Shown here: positions 1 through 8,931 of the stretch, piece after piece
Numbering within the stretch: the stretch's first letter is position 1
How the letters are laid out: each line of letters opens with the position of its first letter
Assembly: GCA_964619725.1 (NCBI GenBank)
Contig: CAZUFC010000057.1
Coordinates: 1-51,441, forward strand
Source: an uncultured bacterium
Lineage (GTDB): Bacteria > CSSED10-310 > CAZUFC01
Direction of reading: 5' to 3'
Length of the DNA stretch: 51,441 nucleotides
Translations under genes and position numbers: made by a program
Notes under the pieces: model-generated
Told to the model about the DNA's origin: nothing
What the model saw: only the letters and a program-made list of their open reading frames with translations
Database searches by the model: none

Positions 1-87
1 GTATCGCAATCGTGATCGAAATCGAAACAAAATGACAGACGATTCTGTCGCATTGTAACCTCAAAAGAGGCTTTTTTGATCAATGCC
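1..87 (+). repeat. MITE-like family A copy (left part cut by window edge)
   Basis: TCG at 6-nt period (4,10,16,22), then TTGTAACCTCAAAAG...TTTTTTGATCAATGCC; matches the right half of the copy at 46645-46799. Confidence 0.85.
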
Positions 88-153
88 AAAAATCTGTTTT
101 TTTGAGCAATTTCCTGGCGTCGTCAGGGGATACGAATGATGGCGTAGCAGCTT

Positions 154-2499
154 TTACCAGGAGAAGTTCCAGTTATCGTGAAGGCCGACGATTTTTGATA
201 GATCGGCTTCTGTTACGGCGCCCCAGAAGACGGCGCTTCCTGAAGTTGAAACGCCATCGGGCCAGTTGAATTGATCAATTACTTCAATAATCGTATGGCC
301 AGGGATCAGATTAACAAGGTAGTAATCAGCCGCCTCGGTCCAGGAGGGAGCGAAAAAATAATTTCCGAAGATTTCGAGCATAACGAATACGGGATATTCG
401 CCGGCATAATCCATCCCGTTGTTAATAATCATTATGCGCAGACCGCAAAGGCTTCCCGGAGTGAAATGGTGAGCGGGCATCTGGAGATGAACGGTCAGTT
501 TCGGGGAGGCGGTCGGACTGGCTGACGGAAAAGGCGTTGGAGTCTCAGTAGGAGTGATTGGAGTATAAGTGGGGCTTCCTGTAGGGACAGTATGAGTGGG
601 GGTTGGAGTGCAGGATAAAGTAGGTTCGACCGTGGCGGTAAATGAGGGGGTCGGCGTAAAGGTGGGAACAGCGTAATCCTGGATGGTCAGATCGTAATAG
701 TCCGCTATGAAAAGCGTCTGGTGGTCTTTAAGGACGGAATCACGGGCTGAACCGCATGTATCGAAGCTGAACAGAAACTGCGGATTCGCCGGATCGGAAA
801 CATTATAAACGCGGAGCCCTCTTGATCCGACGGAGACTAAAGCGAGCTGGTCTATTACATTAATGTTGTATACTGTGCCGGGAGGATTAATCGTCCTGAC
901 ATGAAAAGGGTTCTGCGGTTCGGTAACGTTCACAATGACCAGGCCCCTATCAATGTCTGCGATGTAGAGGTAAGTTGTGCCGGCTGAGCTCACGGTATCC
1001 ATGCCGTGAACGCTTGTGAGAGAATCATATTGACCACGCAGCAAGGGTGAAGCAGGATTCATGCAGTCGATAATCTTCAACCCCTGGCCGACTACAGCCA
1101 GGTAGGCATATTGCCCTTCTGCCGCCACGCATTCTGAATTAGAGAGAAAATCGCCCCAGGAGCCTACGTATGCAGGAACATCAGGGTTGGAAATATTCAC
1201 CACATGCAATCCCATTAAACTTCCTGCAATAAAAGCAAGGGGACCCACCACGTCGCAGCTCAATATCTGCGCAACGGGCGGATTATATGTTCCCCGCCAT
1301 TGTGGGCCGCCTGCAGCATCCGGTTCAAGTATGCGCAGTCCGCCGTCACCATCGCAGACGTAAACATACGAACCTTCGCCTTGCAATGAAAAAACATAAC
1401 CGTTCGTATCCACGGCGACGGGTATCCCGGGCGAATGAGGCTCCGTAACGTCAATGACGAATACTCCAGAAGAGCCGCTCGACGTTACTGTTTTATCGCC
1501 GCAAAGAGCGACAGACTCAGCCGGACCGTATGGATTCTCATAGCTGCGGGAAAGGTAAGGAGAATAAACGTCGGATATGTCCAGTTCGTATATGCCTTTC
1601 CAGGTGTATGCCGCATAAAGCTTGTCTCCTGAGATGTCGATCCTGTAAGGATGCGCGGGGTCTGCAAAAACGCCGTAATTCACCGGTTGGGAAGGATTCT
1701 CTATCCCGAAAAGTTTAATTCCTACTGTGTCGTCCGCCGCAGCAAGCAAGTCATCGTTCATTCCCACAGAATACATGTCGCCTGATCGATTCGCCAGCAT
1801 TTCCGGATAAACCGGAGCCATATCCACTATCTCCAGTCCGGACTCCCCGTAAGCAATAAAAGCCGTGTAACCGTCCATACAGGCATCCCAGCAGTAGGAA
1901 TCGCCTGTTCCCGAATACCAGTTATCCGTCGAAGGCGAATAAGGGTCCGTGACGTCGATCAGCTCCAGACCGTTATACCAGTCGCTCACAGCTACAAGCG
2001 TCTCTCCGTTATGCTGATAAGCGTAAGCGGAATTGGCCGAACTGATGTAAGAAAGGCTCGATAATTCCGCCGGAGCTCCTGGATCGGAAACGTCGATAAT
2101 TCTCAAGCCGCCCGTATCATCCGCCACATAGGCAATATCATCCAGAACCGAAACGTGAAATGCCGTTCCCGGCGTGTCGATCCCACCCAAATACTCAGGA
2201 AATTCAGGATCGCTGATATCCAATATCGACAATCCCCTGTAATCATCGGCAATATAAGCTGTAACCCCTTCAATATGCAATCCGTGACTCCGGCCGGTAC
2301 CGTCCCATACTCCAACCCTCTCCAATCCGCTCCCGCTCACATAAAAAACATCCAATCCCCGTACGCTGGTCGCATAAACATAATCCCCCGAACAAAACAC
2401 ATCTTCATAATAACCCCTCCGCATCACGATCGTAGTCTCCGCAGACGCCATAACGCAAAACAAAATGAAAAAAATACATAAAAAAAGAATATTCCTCAT
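154..2499 (-). CDS. Secreted LVIVD-repeat (beta-propeller) protein with Thr/Pro stalk and ~110-aa C-terminal domain
   Basis: Signal peptide MRNILFLCIFFILFCVMASA after a GGAGGGGAG RBS (ATG 2499; the upstream TTG at 2577 coincides with a -35 box). Many AYxADxxxGLxIxDISDPxxP repeats; TPT-rich linker; C-terminal domain ending NWNFSW. Confidence 0.88.
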   Translation of the reverse strand: MRNILFLCIFFILFCVMASAETTIVMRRGYYEDVFCSGDYVYATSVRGLDVFYVSGSGLERVGVWDGTGRSHGLHIEGVTAYIADDYRGLSILDISDPEFPEYLGGIDTPGTAFHVSVLDDIAYVADDTGGLRIIDVSDPGAPAELSSLSYISSANSAYAYQHNGETLVAVSDWYNGLELIDVTDPYSPSTDNWYSGTGDSYCWDACMDGYTAFIAYGESGLEIVDMAPVYPEMLANRSGDMYSVGMNDDLLAAADDTVGIKLFGIENPSQPVNYGVFADPAHPYRIDISGDKLYAAYTWKGIYELDISDVYSPYLSRSYENPYGPAESVALCGDKTVTSSGSSGVFVIDVTEPHSPGIPVAVDTNGYVFSLQGEGSYVYVCDGDGGLRILEPDAAGGPQWRGTYNPPVAQILSCDVVGPLAFIAGSLMGLHVVNISNPDVPAYVGSWGDFLSNSECVAAEGQYAYLAVVGQGLKIIDCMNPASPLLRGQYDSLTSVHGMDTVSSAGTTYLYIADIDRGLVIVNVTEPQNPFHVRTINPPGTVYNINVIDQLALVSVGSRGLRVYNVSDPANPQFLFSFDTCGSARDSVLKDHQTLFIADYYDLTIQDYAVPTFTPTPSFTATVEPTLSCTPTPTHTVPTGSPTYTPITPTETPTPFPSASPTASPKLTVHLQMPAHHFTPGSLCGLRIMIINNGMDYAGEYPVFVMLEIFGNYFFAPSWTEAADYYLVNLIPGHTIIEVIDQFNWPDGVSTSGSAVFWGAVTEADLSKIVGLHDNWNFSW

Positions 2500-2548
2500 G
2501 GTTTCCCGTTCTCCCCTCCCAGGATACCCCCGGCTCTTCAACGCCACC

Positions 2549-2577
2549 ATTATCCCTTTCTTGGCCGCCGGCGTCAA
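2549..2577 (-). promoter_or_regulatory. sigma70-type promoter of LVIVD gene
   Basis: Minus strand TTGACG-N17-GATAAT. Confidence 0.6.
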
Positions 2578-2603
2578 TTTGATATGATAAAAAAGGCTCG
2601 GCA

Positions 2604-2654
2604 GCGCTTGTCCACCAACTCGAATCTCAATTCAAAATTTAATGCTGGACAGCC
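2604..2654. repeat. ~55-bp TIR mini-element family B
   Basis: GCGCTTGTCCA...TGGACAGCC; 2621-2655 is a near-exact reverse complement of 51407-51441 and similar to 18860-18914. Confidence 0.75.
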
Positions 2655-2699
2655 AATAGGTCAGAAACGGAAGGGGGGAAGAGTTTTGAAGGCGGATCA

Positions 2700-2713
2700 G
2701 GGGTCAGAGCCCT
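2700..2713 (-). repeat. REP-like motif family C (AGGGCTCTGACCCC)
   Basis: GGGGTCAGAGCCCT is the reverse complement of the motif at 15990, 16022 and 43028. Confidence 0.6.
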
Positions 2714-2863
2714 TACGAGACCCTTGAGAATCCGAAGTTTGACTACACGTTTTGATACGGCTGATTGACGATCAATTTGAATCCTGTAGTCCTCTTCTTT
2801 GGAAAGGAAATGGGTTTGATGGTCGCTCATTCTGTAAAAGACAGCCACACTTCTCAAAAACAA

Positions 2864-2991
2864 GAGGACTCATCAAATGGGGATTACAATTTTTGTGAAT
2901 CGGATATTTTCTTATCTGTGATAATCCGTCCTGTCAGCTATTGCGGCATATTTGCAATCGTTTCCTAAAACCTGGTTGTTTTGATCACCGC
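2864..2991 (+). repeat. Degenerate family A-ended element with different interior
   Basis: GGACTCATCAAATGGGGATTACAATTTTT resembles the left end; TTTTGATCACCGC resembles the right end. Confidence 0.5.
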
Positions 2992-3020
2992 AGCGACTCT
3001 TCTTCCCGAACAGTCTGTCC

Positions 3021-3161
3021 GGCATTGATCAAAATGAATCTTTTGAGGTAACAATTCTTCTGAATATTCCATTATTTTGTTTCGATTTCTATTGCGACCC
3101 CGATTACTGAAACAAACTGTCAAACGTTTTCAAAGAATTGTAATCCCGGTTTGATCAGTCC
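3021..3161 (-). repeat. MITE-like family A copy
   Basis: GGCATTGATCAAAA...GGTAACAAT...(CGA-N3)x4...TTGTAATCCCGGTTTGATCAGTCC; colinear with the copies at 43568 and 40688. Confidence 0.88.
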
Positions 3162-3170
3162 AGCCTGTCT

Positions 3171-3404
3171 TTATTCCAACATCTTCTCGATCTCGTCCAG
3201 CCCGGAGATAAGAATTGATTTTTTAAGAAGGCTTTTGAGAAAAGCAAGGTCATCCGCTGCGTTTATTTTTTCGGCAATGTGCGAGGGAACCAGTCCGAAT
3301 TTGACTTCCAGTACATCAATTATGTTTTCTTTAGCAATTTTAACGCCGCCTTCTCTTCTTCCTTCCTTTCTTCCTTCCTTTCTTAATTTTTCTGCTATGG
3401 TCAT
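3171..3404 (-). CDS. Putative in-frame small Rpn-S protein (77 aa), candidate intragenic antitoxin
   Basis: AAAGGAGGT-gaacta-ATG inside the rpn gene at MTIAEKL. Confidence 0.65.
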   Translation of the reverse strand: MTIAEKLRKEGRKEGRREGGVKIAKENIIDVLEVKFGLVPSHIAEKINAADDLAFLKSLLKKSILISGLDEIEKMLE

Positions 3405-4148
3405 TAGTTCACCTCCTTTGCTTGCGGATATGTTATCTTCGACGAGTTTCTTCAATTTTTCGGGTTCTACGTCGTTTCTTATTTCAAAAATGTACTGAAT
3501 AAAAATATAGAACCAGTCTTCGTCCGGATTTTTATCCAGCGCCGCCTTCAACAGGTGAAGTATTTTTATAAGTCGAGGCAAAAAATCGGGCTGTTTCAGA
3601 TATTTCAGCATCATTATCGCAGCCTGAAGGAGCTCACGCCCCTTTATTTCTTCTTCAGGCAAAATCGTCAGATCATCAAGAATATATCGAAAATCAGGAA
3701 CATAAGCTCTCAATTCCTCTGCAGGACAATTTATAAAACCGTAAAGATCATCCCCGAATTTCCATTCTGCGGCTCCGTGATAGATGAGTATTGGAATTAT
3801 TACGGGGAGAGGTTCTTCATCGGAATTCTGATTCCAATGAAGCTCCCATATTTTCACCATGTAGTTCAACAATTTCAGAACGGTCTTTTTTTCTGGATAG
3901 CTCTTGTGTTCAAAAAGGAAATATACGTAAGCCGGTTCGTTCACCAGTCTTACCTCATACAACAGGTCAGACTCATAATCCTTCCTGGCCATTTCGATGA
4001 ACTTGTCTTTTGCTATCCTGATTTCATCAGGCTCGATTAATTTGCGGACGTTTTCAGGGACATAATTCATCAGAAAATCATGGGCCAATTCCTTGTTTCC
4101 GAGTATTTTCCTTACGAATTTGTCATGAGGTCTGTAAATTTTCGTCAC
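3171..4148 (-). CDS. Rpn family recombination-promoting nuclease / putative transposase (Transposase_31, PD-(D/E)XK)
   Basis: PHDKFVRKIL, ESDLLYEV, YFLFEHKS, PLPVIIPILIYHG, C-terminal MTIAEKL and EGRKEG repeats. Confidence 0.93.
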   Translation of the reverse strand: MTKIYRPHDKFVRKILGNKELAHDFLMNYVPENVRKLIEPDEIRIAKDKFIEMARKDYESDLLYEVRLVNEPAYVYFLFEHKSYPEKKTVLKLLNYMVKIWELHWNQNSDEEPLPVIIPILIYHGAAEWKFGDDLYGFINCPAEELRAYVPDFRYILDDLTILPEEEIKGRELLQAAIMMLKYLKQPDFLPRLIKILHLLKAALDKNPDEDWFYIFIQYIFEIRNDVEPEKLKKLVEDNISASKGGELMTIAEKLRKEGRKEGRREGGVKIAKENIIDVLEVKFGLVPSHIAEKINAADDLAFLKSLLKKSILISGLDEIEKMLE

Positions 4149-4483
4149 CGCAAAACCTTTTAGTCAGAATCCCGTTAAATTTTTTAATTCGCTCATTAGC
4201 TACTAAGCCCGTCACAGCGACCGTTCCTTTTATAATTTTAATGCCGAAGTCTGTCTTTTTCAATAAAAACAGAGTTTCGTGCGATGGGCGCCTGATGTTT
4301 TTCTGGGGATAACAGACTTTTTGCGCCTGAATATTTTGTTTCGGTAATCGGTATCGCACTCGCAATCTCAGCTCTACGGATCGGGGATGTTTTTTCTTGC
4401 TGTTAAGGAATTCGCATTGACTTTGCAAAAATTTCAACATCTCTTATACATTTCCTTTTGCAAAAACTGTAATCTAAAAAAAA

Positions 4484-4722
4484 GACACTGATCAAAAATA
4501 GCCATGTCAGGGTTACAATTTCTCAGTATGAATCCTTCCTGCTCGTGCTCAGTGCAGCGGTAATCGTAATCGAAACATTGGTCTGATATGTACAGTCTTT
4601 TGAATGCAATGCAGAGCAATCATTTGAATCGATCGATTACGATTACGGGCGCCGCTCCGCTGAGCACGAAAGTTCTTTTTGAGTATCTAGATTACAATTT
4701 GCAACTCCTATTGATCAGTCCC
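4484..4722 (-). repeat. Family A-ended element with an internal inverted pair of hexamer/GCTGAGCACGA repeats
   Basis: GACACTGATCAAAAA..GGTTACAAT at one end and TTGATCAGTCCC at the other; 4543-4573 and 4633-4669 are inverted repeats; an extra TTTTTTGATCGATGCC end at 4731-4746. Confidence 0.7.
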
Positions 4723-4809
4723 TAAAAAACTTTTTTGATCGATGCCCGTAAATGCGATATATCTCCTGTCAGGGCGCCGGAACTTGAGAATCATCTCCCG
4801 CTGTAAAGC

Positions 4810-4838
4810 TTGACTTAAAGGCAATTTTTCATTATTGT
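4810..4838 (+). promoter_or_regulatory. sigma70-type promoter
   Basis: TTGACT-N17-TATTGT, followed by a 10-bp leader stem at 4850-4890. Confidence 0.5.
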
Positions 4839-4908
4839 CGACAGCTAAAATCATCCCTTGAAAGCAACAGGTCAGTTCGGAAGGGGTGATGAATGAGGGT
4901 TATTCAAA

Positions 4909-6699
4909 ATGAAGAAGCGGGGAAGCATAATGAAGATAAAAAATGAATTTTGTCTGGCTCTTGAGGATTTTTTCGTCAGGAGGAGTTGGACGACCCGGTT
5001 GAAGCGGTCGATCAATTACGAAGGAAGCAGGGACGGCATAGTTGCGAGCGCAGGCTTGCGTTTTTTATTTTTAGTCCTTTTGATTTCCATCTCAACCTGT
5101 TTTTCCGGTATTTGCATTGCCGGACTGCGTAGTTTCGATTCCGGTTATGCCGGAAAAGGCATGGAAGCGTCCCCTCCGTCGCTGTCAGAGCCTGAAGACG
5201 ATGAGCGTTTCACCGTCACGGATGATCCGCCGGTATTCCAATGGGAAGACGTGCAGGGAGCATCATGCTATGAATTGGAAATAGGATTGGATGAATCTTT
5301 TTCCATAACGACGGGCCCGATGGATGTCGAAGAGACTCAATTTGATCTTGGACTGCTGATTAACGAGGATATATGGAATGATGCGAGTTTCAGCTTATAC
5401 TGGAGGGTAAGGTCGGTCGACGAGTCGGATGAGAAAGGAGACTGGTCGGAGATATGGAATTTTCATAAATCCGTTTTACCCAGGGTGATTTTATGGGAAC
5501 CTCTGTCCGGAACTCGATATACGATCGGGGATGCATTGCCGTGGATGCGTTGGGAGGAAGTACAGGACGTTCAGGGATATCAGGTCGAATTTGCTTTTGA
5601 TGCTGAATTTGAAGAGAGCATGACGATTGCAGAAACCTGGGCGCCGGCGCTTGATTTGAGAGGAGGCGATCAGAATGCCTGGAACGGCTATTCAGGGGTT
5701 GTTTACTGGCGCGTATCTGCAGTGGGTTATGACGGAGTGCCGGGACCCTGGTCGTCTGGCTGGTGGTTCGCTAAAAGCTTACTGGCTCGTCCTCAATTGA
5801 ACTCACCAGGACCGGAAGCACGGTTCGGGGTTTATTCGAATATCGTCAGTTTTTGGTGGACAGATATTCAGGGAGCGGAAAGCTGGGAATTTCAGATCGG
5901 ACTTGACGGAGATTTTGAGGAAGTCGCGGGCAGCGTTCTGCTTGATCAAACAGGCCTGGACCTGGCTGACATGATCACTTTTGATGATTGGGTTACCACA
6001 TACTGCAGCTTGTGGTGGCGCGTTTCAGGTCGCACGCCCGATAATATTCCCGGCCCGTGGAGCGAAGCGAGAAAATTCACCAAACTCGGTCTGCACCGGT
6101 TTCTGGCCTGGGGGGATTCCATTACTGCAGGAGAATGCGTCGAGAATGGTTATGCGAACATTATGCTGCCGGAATTGCAGCAGATTTTCCATGATGCGGT
6201 CATCGTCAATATGGGAAGACCGGGCGCCAAGTCGGAAGAGGGTGAAAGACGCATGGAGGAGGTAATAGAAGCCGCCTGTCCTGAATTCGTTTTTATTCAA
6301 TTCGGCGCCAATGATTGTGTTGATTTCGGAAATTGTAATCCCCCGTTCCAATGCGATGTTGACGGGCATATGCGGGCCATGGCGGAAATATGCCGCAGTT
6401 ACGGCGCCACGCCTATAATTTCCACCATTATCCCGATGAATCCGGACGGCAAACATGCCTGGGCCCAGGAAGGCGCATCAGACTGGAACATACTCATTCG
6501 AGAACTTCAATGGAGCATCGGAGTGGAAGTGGCTGATATGGAGAGCTGGTTTTTCGATTACGGTAATCTTCCCGAACTTTACTGTTACTGGGGGCAATAT
6601 GATCCTCCCGTCATAGACTGGATTCATCCGAACGAGCTTGGTTATCAGATAATGAGCGACTGCTACTTAAATTCATTGCATAATGTACTGGGATTCTAG
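4909..6699 (+). CDS. Secreted or membrane-anchored SGNH/GDSL hydrolase with three FN3-like repeats
   Basis: Three ~100-aa repeats (PxLxxP...W..V.GA..Y...D..F...YWRV...G.WS); SGNH blocks GDSIT, GRPG, GAND, DWIHPN; hydrophobic N-terminal segment; start uncertain. Confidence 0.85.
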   Translation: MKKRGSIMKIKNEFCLALEDFFVRRSWTTRLKRSINYEGSRDGIVASAGLRFLFLVLLISISTCFSGICIAGLRSFDSGYAGKGMEASPPSLSEPEDDERFTVTDDPPVFQWEDVQGASCYELEIGLDESFSITTGPMDVEETQFDLGLLINEDIWNDASFSLYWRVRSVDESDEKGDWSEIWNFHKSVLPRVILWEPLSGTRYTIGDALPWMRWEEVQDVQGYQVEFAFDAEFEESMTIAETWAPALDLRGGDQNAWNGYSGVVYWRVSAVGYDGVPGPWSSGWWFAKSLLARPQLNSPGPEARFGVYSNIVSFWWTDIQGAESWEFQIGLDGDFEEVAGSVLLDQTGLDLADMITFDDWVTTYCSLWWRVSGRTPDNIPGPWSEARKFTKLGLHRFLAWGDSITAGECVENGYANIMLPELQQIFHDAVIVNMGRPGAKSEEGERRMEEVIEAACPEFVFIQFGANDCVDFGNCNPPFQCDVDGHMRAMAEICRSYGATPIISTIIPMNPDGKHAWAQEGASDWNILIRELQWSIGVEVADMESWFFDYGNLPELYCYWGQYDPPVIDWIHPNELGYQIMSDCYLNSLHNVLGF

Positions 6700-6747
6700 C
6701 CGGAATAAAGCAGGACCGGAAAAACACCTGTCGTCAGACTCGGAAAT

Positions 6748-8907
6748 ATGACAACGCCCCTGCGTTCATTCGTCCATGCGACGATTCCGGTCGTCATCGA
6801 CAGCTTCATTGCAGCAGGATTCATCCTCTCGATCATTGCGTGGGCCCAACCGCAAAATATTCTGAGACTCCCGCAACACAGATATTTTTCTTTTACTCTG
6901 CATGTCTGCCTGGCAGTTGCTGCTGCCTTTCTCGCAATCCGATTTTTATATAAAATCCTCAACAAAAAACGAACACTGTCCCGTATTGAGCAGCATTTCC
7001 CCCGCGTGCTGGTCGGGTGCGGCATCATTTTAGCCTGCATCAGTTTGTTGCCGCTGTGGCTTCCCGGGCCGCCGCTGAACCAGGACACGCCGTTGCATTA
7101 TCAAAAAATATGGGGCTGTCTGCAATCTCCCATGCATTCGCTGGTTACGTCCTGGAACCCCTATCTCAACGGAGGACGAGCCCCTTTTCAGGCTTATCCG
7201 GTTCTACCTTTTCTTTTCGTATCCTGGCTGACGCCCTTTATGGGATTGGAGGCCGCTTTCAAGCTTATTCTGGTCGCCGTTCATTTCATCCTGCCAATAA
7301 TAGCTTACAGATTCTTCTCCTTTCGAGGAAGCAAAACGACCGCTGCCGTCGCCTTCCTGACGTTGCTGCTGCAACCCGGCTATATGCACTCCGGAGGTTA
7401 TTCGCAGGTTTTTGTTTTCGGGATGTTCAGCTCTGTTCTGGCCAGCGGACTCTTGTTATGGTGCATCGATAGAACGTTGCGCTACGTGAAACAACCCACT
7501 GGAAAAAACTTTGCTTCTCTTTCGCTTGCGGCAGGGTTGACTCTTCTGTCACATATCATGCAATTTTCCCTGTTATTGCTTTTTTTACCTTTAATCTGGC
7601 TTGTTTTCGGCTCAAAATTGAGAATCGCCGCGGGCATCATCGCTGCGTCAATAGGCGCCGTCAGTCTGGCGGGATTCTGGGCGCTTCCTCTGGCGGAGAC
7701 CCATCTGTCGGGCGTTTATATTAATCCTTTTACCGTTTCGTGCGGACAGACGCTGTTTTCCGTTGCGGACATTAAAGGATTTCTGTTTGAAACCGTTTAC
7801 CCCGGGATATGGCTTTTCGTCTTGCTGGGAATCGTTCTGGCCTTTCTATACAGACAACGGGACATCCTGGCCGTTACGGTCTGCACTGGAGGCGTTTGTT
7901 TGCTCTGGGGAACCTACCTGTATCTGCCGAATTTATACGCAGCCCTACCCTGGGCGAAACTGATGGAACTTGAACGCTCCTTTCAGGACTTCAGGACTCT
8001 GGGTCTTATTCTGGCTTCCTATGGGATCGGATTACCCCTTTCGATATGGCTGGAACGTCAACGCAACAGACGCAGCCGGGCTGCCATCGCTCTCTTCTCC
8101 ATTTTTCTGTTTTGGATCACTGTCCTTAACGCTTCCGGGACTTTTAAATATGCGGCTCTCCAGTTAAACCTGTCCGAGGAGCTGGAGCTGCAATACCTGG
8201 CGGTATATCGAACTTTACCTGCAGAGCAGGGTCGAGTTCTTCACCAGGAAGTTCTGGGTCACTTTCCAGGATCGCCCCTCAATCACACCCATCTGGAGAA
8301 CTACTGCCCCGTGATAAGCGGCAGAGAAACCATAGCGTTCGACGGAATAAATATGGGTGAAGACCTGGGCGGATTCGGCATAGAAAAGTTTATCAGGAAT
8401 TCAACGCCGGAAGCTATGCAAAAATTCTTTCAACGATGGAATATCGTCGCCGTAATAGTCAGTTCACCGGGAAACGTGCAACAACTTTCCTGGTTAAAGG
8501 ACTATTATAAATCATCCTCCTGGACGGTTTTTCATACCGGCATCGAGGCCGGATACTTTGAACTGACGCGAGGAACCGTCATTAATTCAAATTACGCAGG
8601 TTTCTCGGCCTGGATTGAGATCGAAACGCCGGAAACAGCAGTTCTGACGTTTAAAATGCATGATCATCCCAATTGGCGGGTCATTATGGATGAAAAGATT
8701 CTGCTTAATAAAACCAATAAGCCCGGCGCTCAAATCGAAGTGGAAATTCCTCGGGGACATCATAGGATTAAATTCGCATACGCATATCGGTTGTTGGATT
8801 TCATCGCCTATTTGCTGACCTTTTTGTCCTGCGGCATGCTTATATTGATCGCCGTTCGAGACAGCAGTTATGGATCGACGGGGGCTTTATCCCTCAGAAC
8901 AAGATAA
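6748..8907 (+). CDS. Polytopic membrane protein, PTPS-related/YfhO-like GT-C-fold glycosyltransferase
   Basis: DTPLH...WNPYLNGGRAPFQAYP loop, more than 10 TM helices, YfhO-like C-terminal HPNWRV...IPRGHHRIKFAY plus a final TM. Confidence 0.72.
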   Translation: MTTPLRSFVHATIPVVIDSFIAAGFILSIIAWAQPQNILRLPQHRYFSFTLHVCLAVAAAFLAIRFLYKILNKKRTLSRIEQHFPRVLVGCGIILACISLLPLWLPGPPLNQDTPLHYQKIWGCLQSPMHSLVTSWNPYLNGGRAPFQAYPVLPFLFVSWLTPFMGLEAAFKLILVAVHFILPIIAYRFFSFRGSKTTAAVAFLTLLLQPGYMHSGGYSQVFVFGMFSSVLASGLLLWCIDRTLRYVKQPTGKNFASLSLAAGLTLLSHIMQFSLLLLFLPLIWLVFGSKLRIAAGIIAASIGAVSLAGFWALPLAETHLSGVYINPFTVSCGQTLFSVADIKGFLFETVYPGIWLFVLLGIVLAFLYRQRDILAVTVCTGGVCLLWGTYLYLPNLYAALPWAKLMELERSFQDFRTLGLILASYGIGLPLSIWLERQRNRRSRAAIALFSIFLFWITVLNASGTFKYAALQLNLSEELELQYLAVYRTLPAEQGRVLHQEVLGHFPGSPLNHTHLENYCPVISGRETIAFDGINMGEDLGGFGIEKFIRNSTPEAMQKFFQRWNIVAVIVSSPGNVQQLSWLKDYYKSSSWTVFHTGIEAGYFELTRGTVINSNYAGFSAWIEIETPETAVLTFKMHDHPNWRVIMDEKILLNKTNKPGAQIEVEIPRGHHRIKFAYAYRLLDFIAYLLTFLSCGMLILIAVRDSSYGSTGALSLRTR

Positions 8908-8931
8908 AATAAGTGGAACATTTATGGCGCT

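Noticed and set aside
2500-2577. 26-aa N-terminal extension of the LVIVD protein
   Set aside because: The TTG is part of a -35 box; the RBS and signal peptide fit ATG 2499.
2639-2968. Small ORFs or RAYT remnant
   Set aside because: They overlap repeats; similarity is limited to a few residues and there is no HUH motif.
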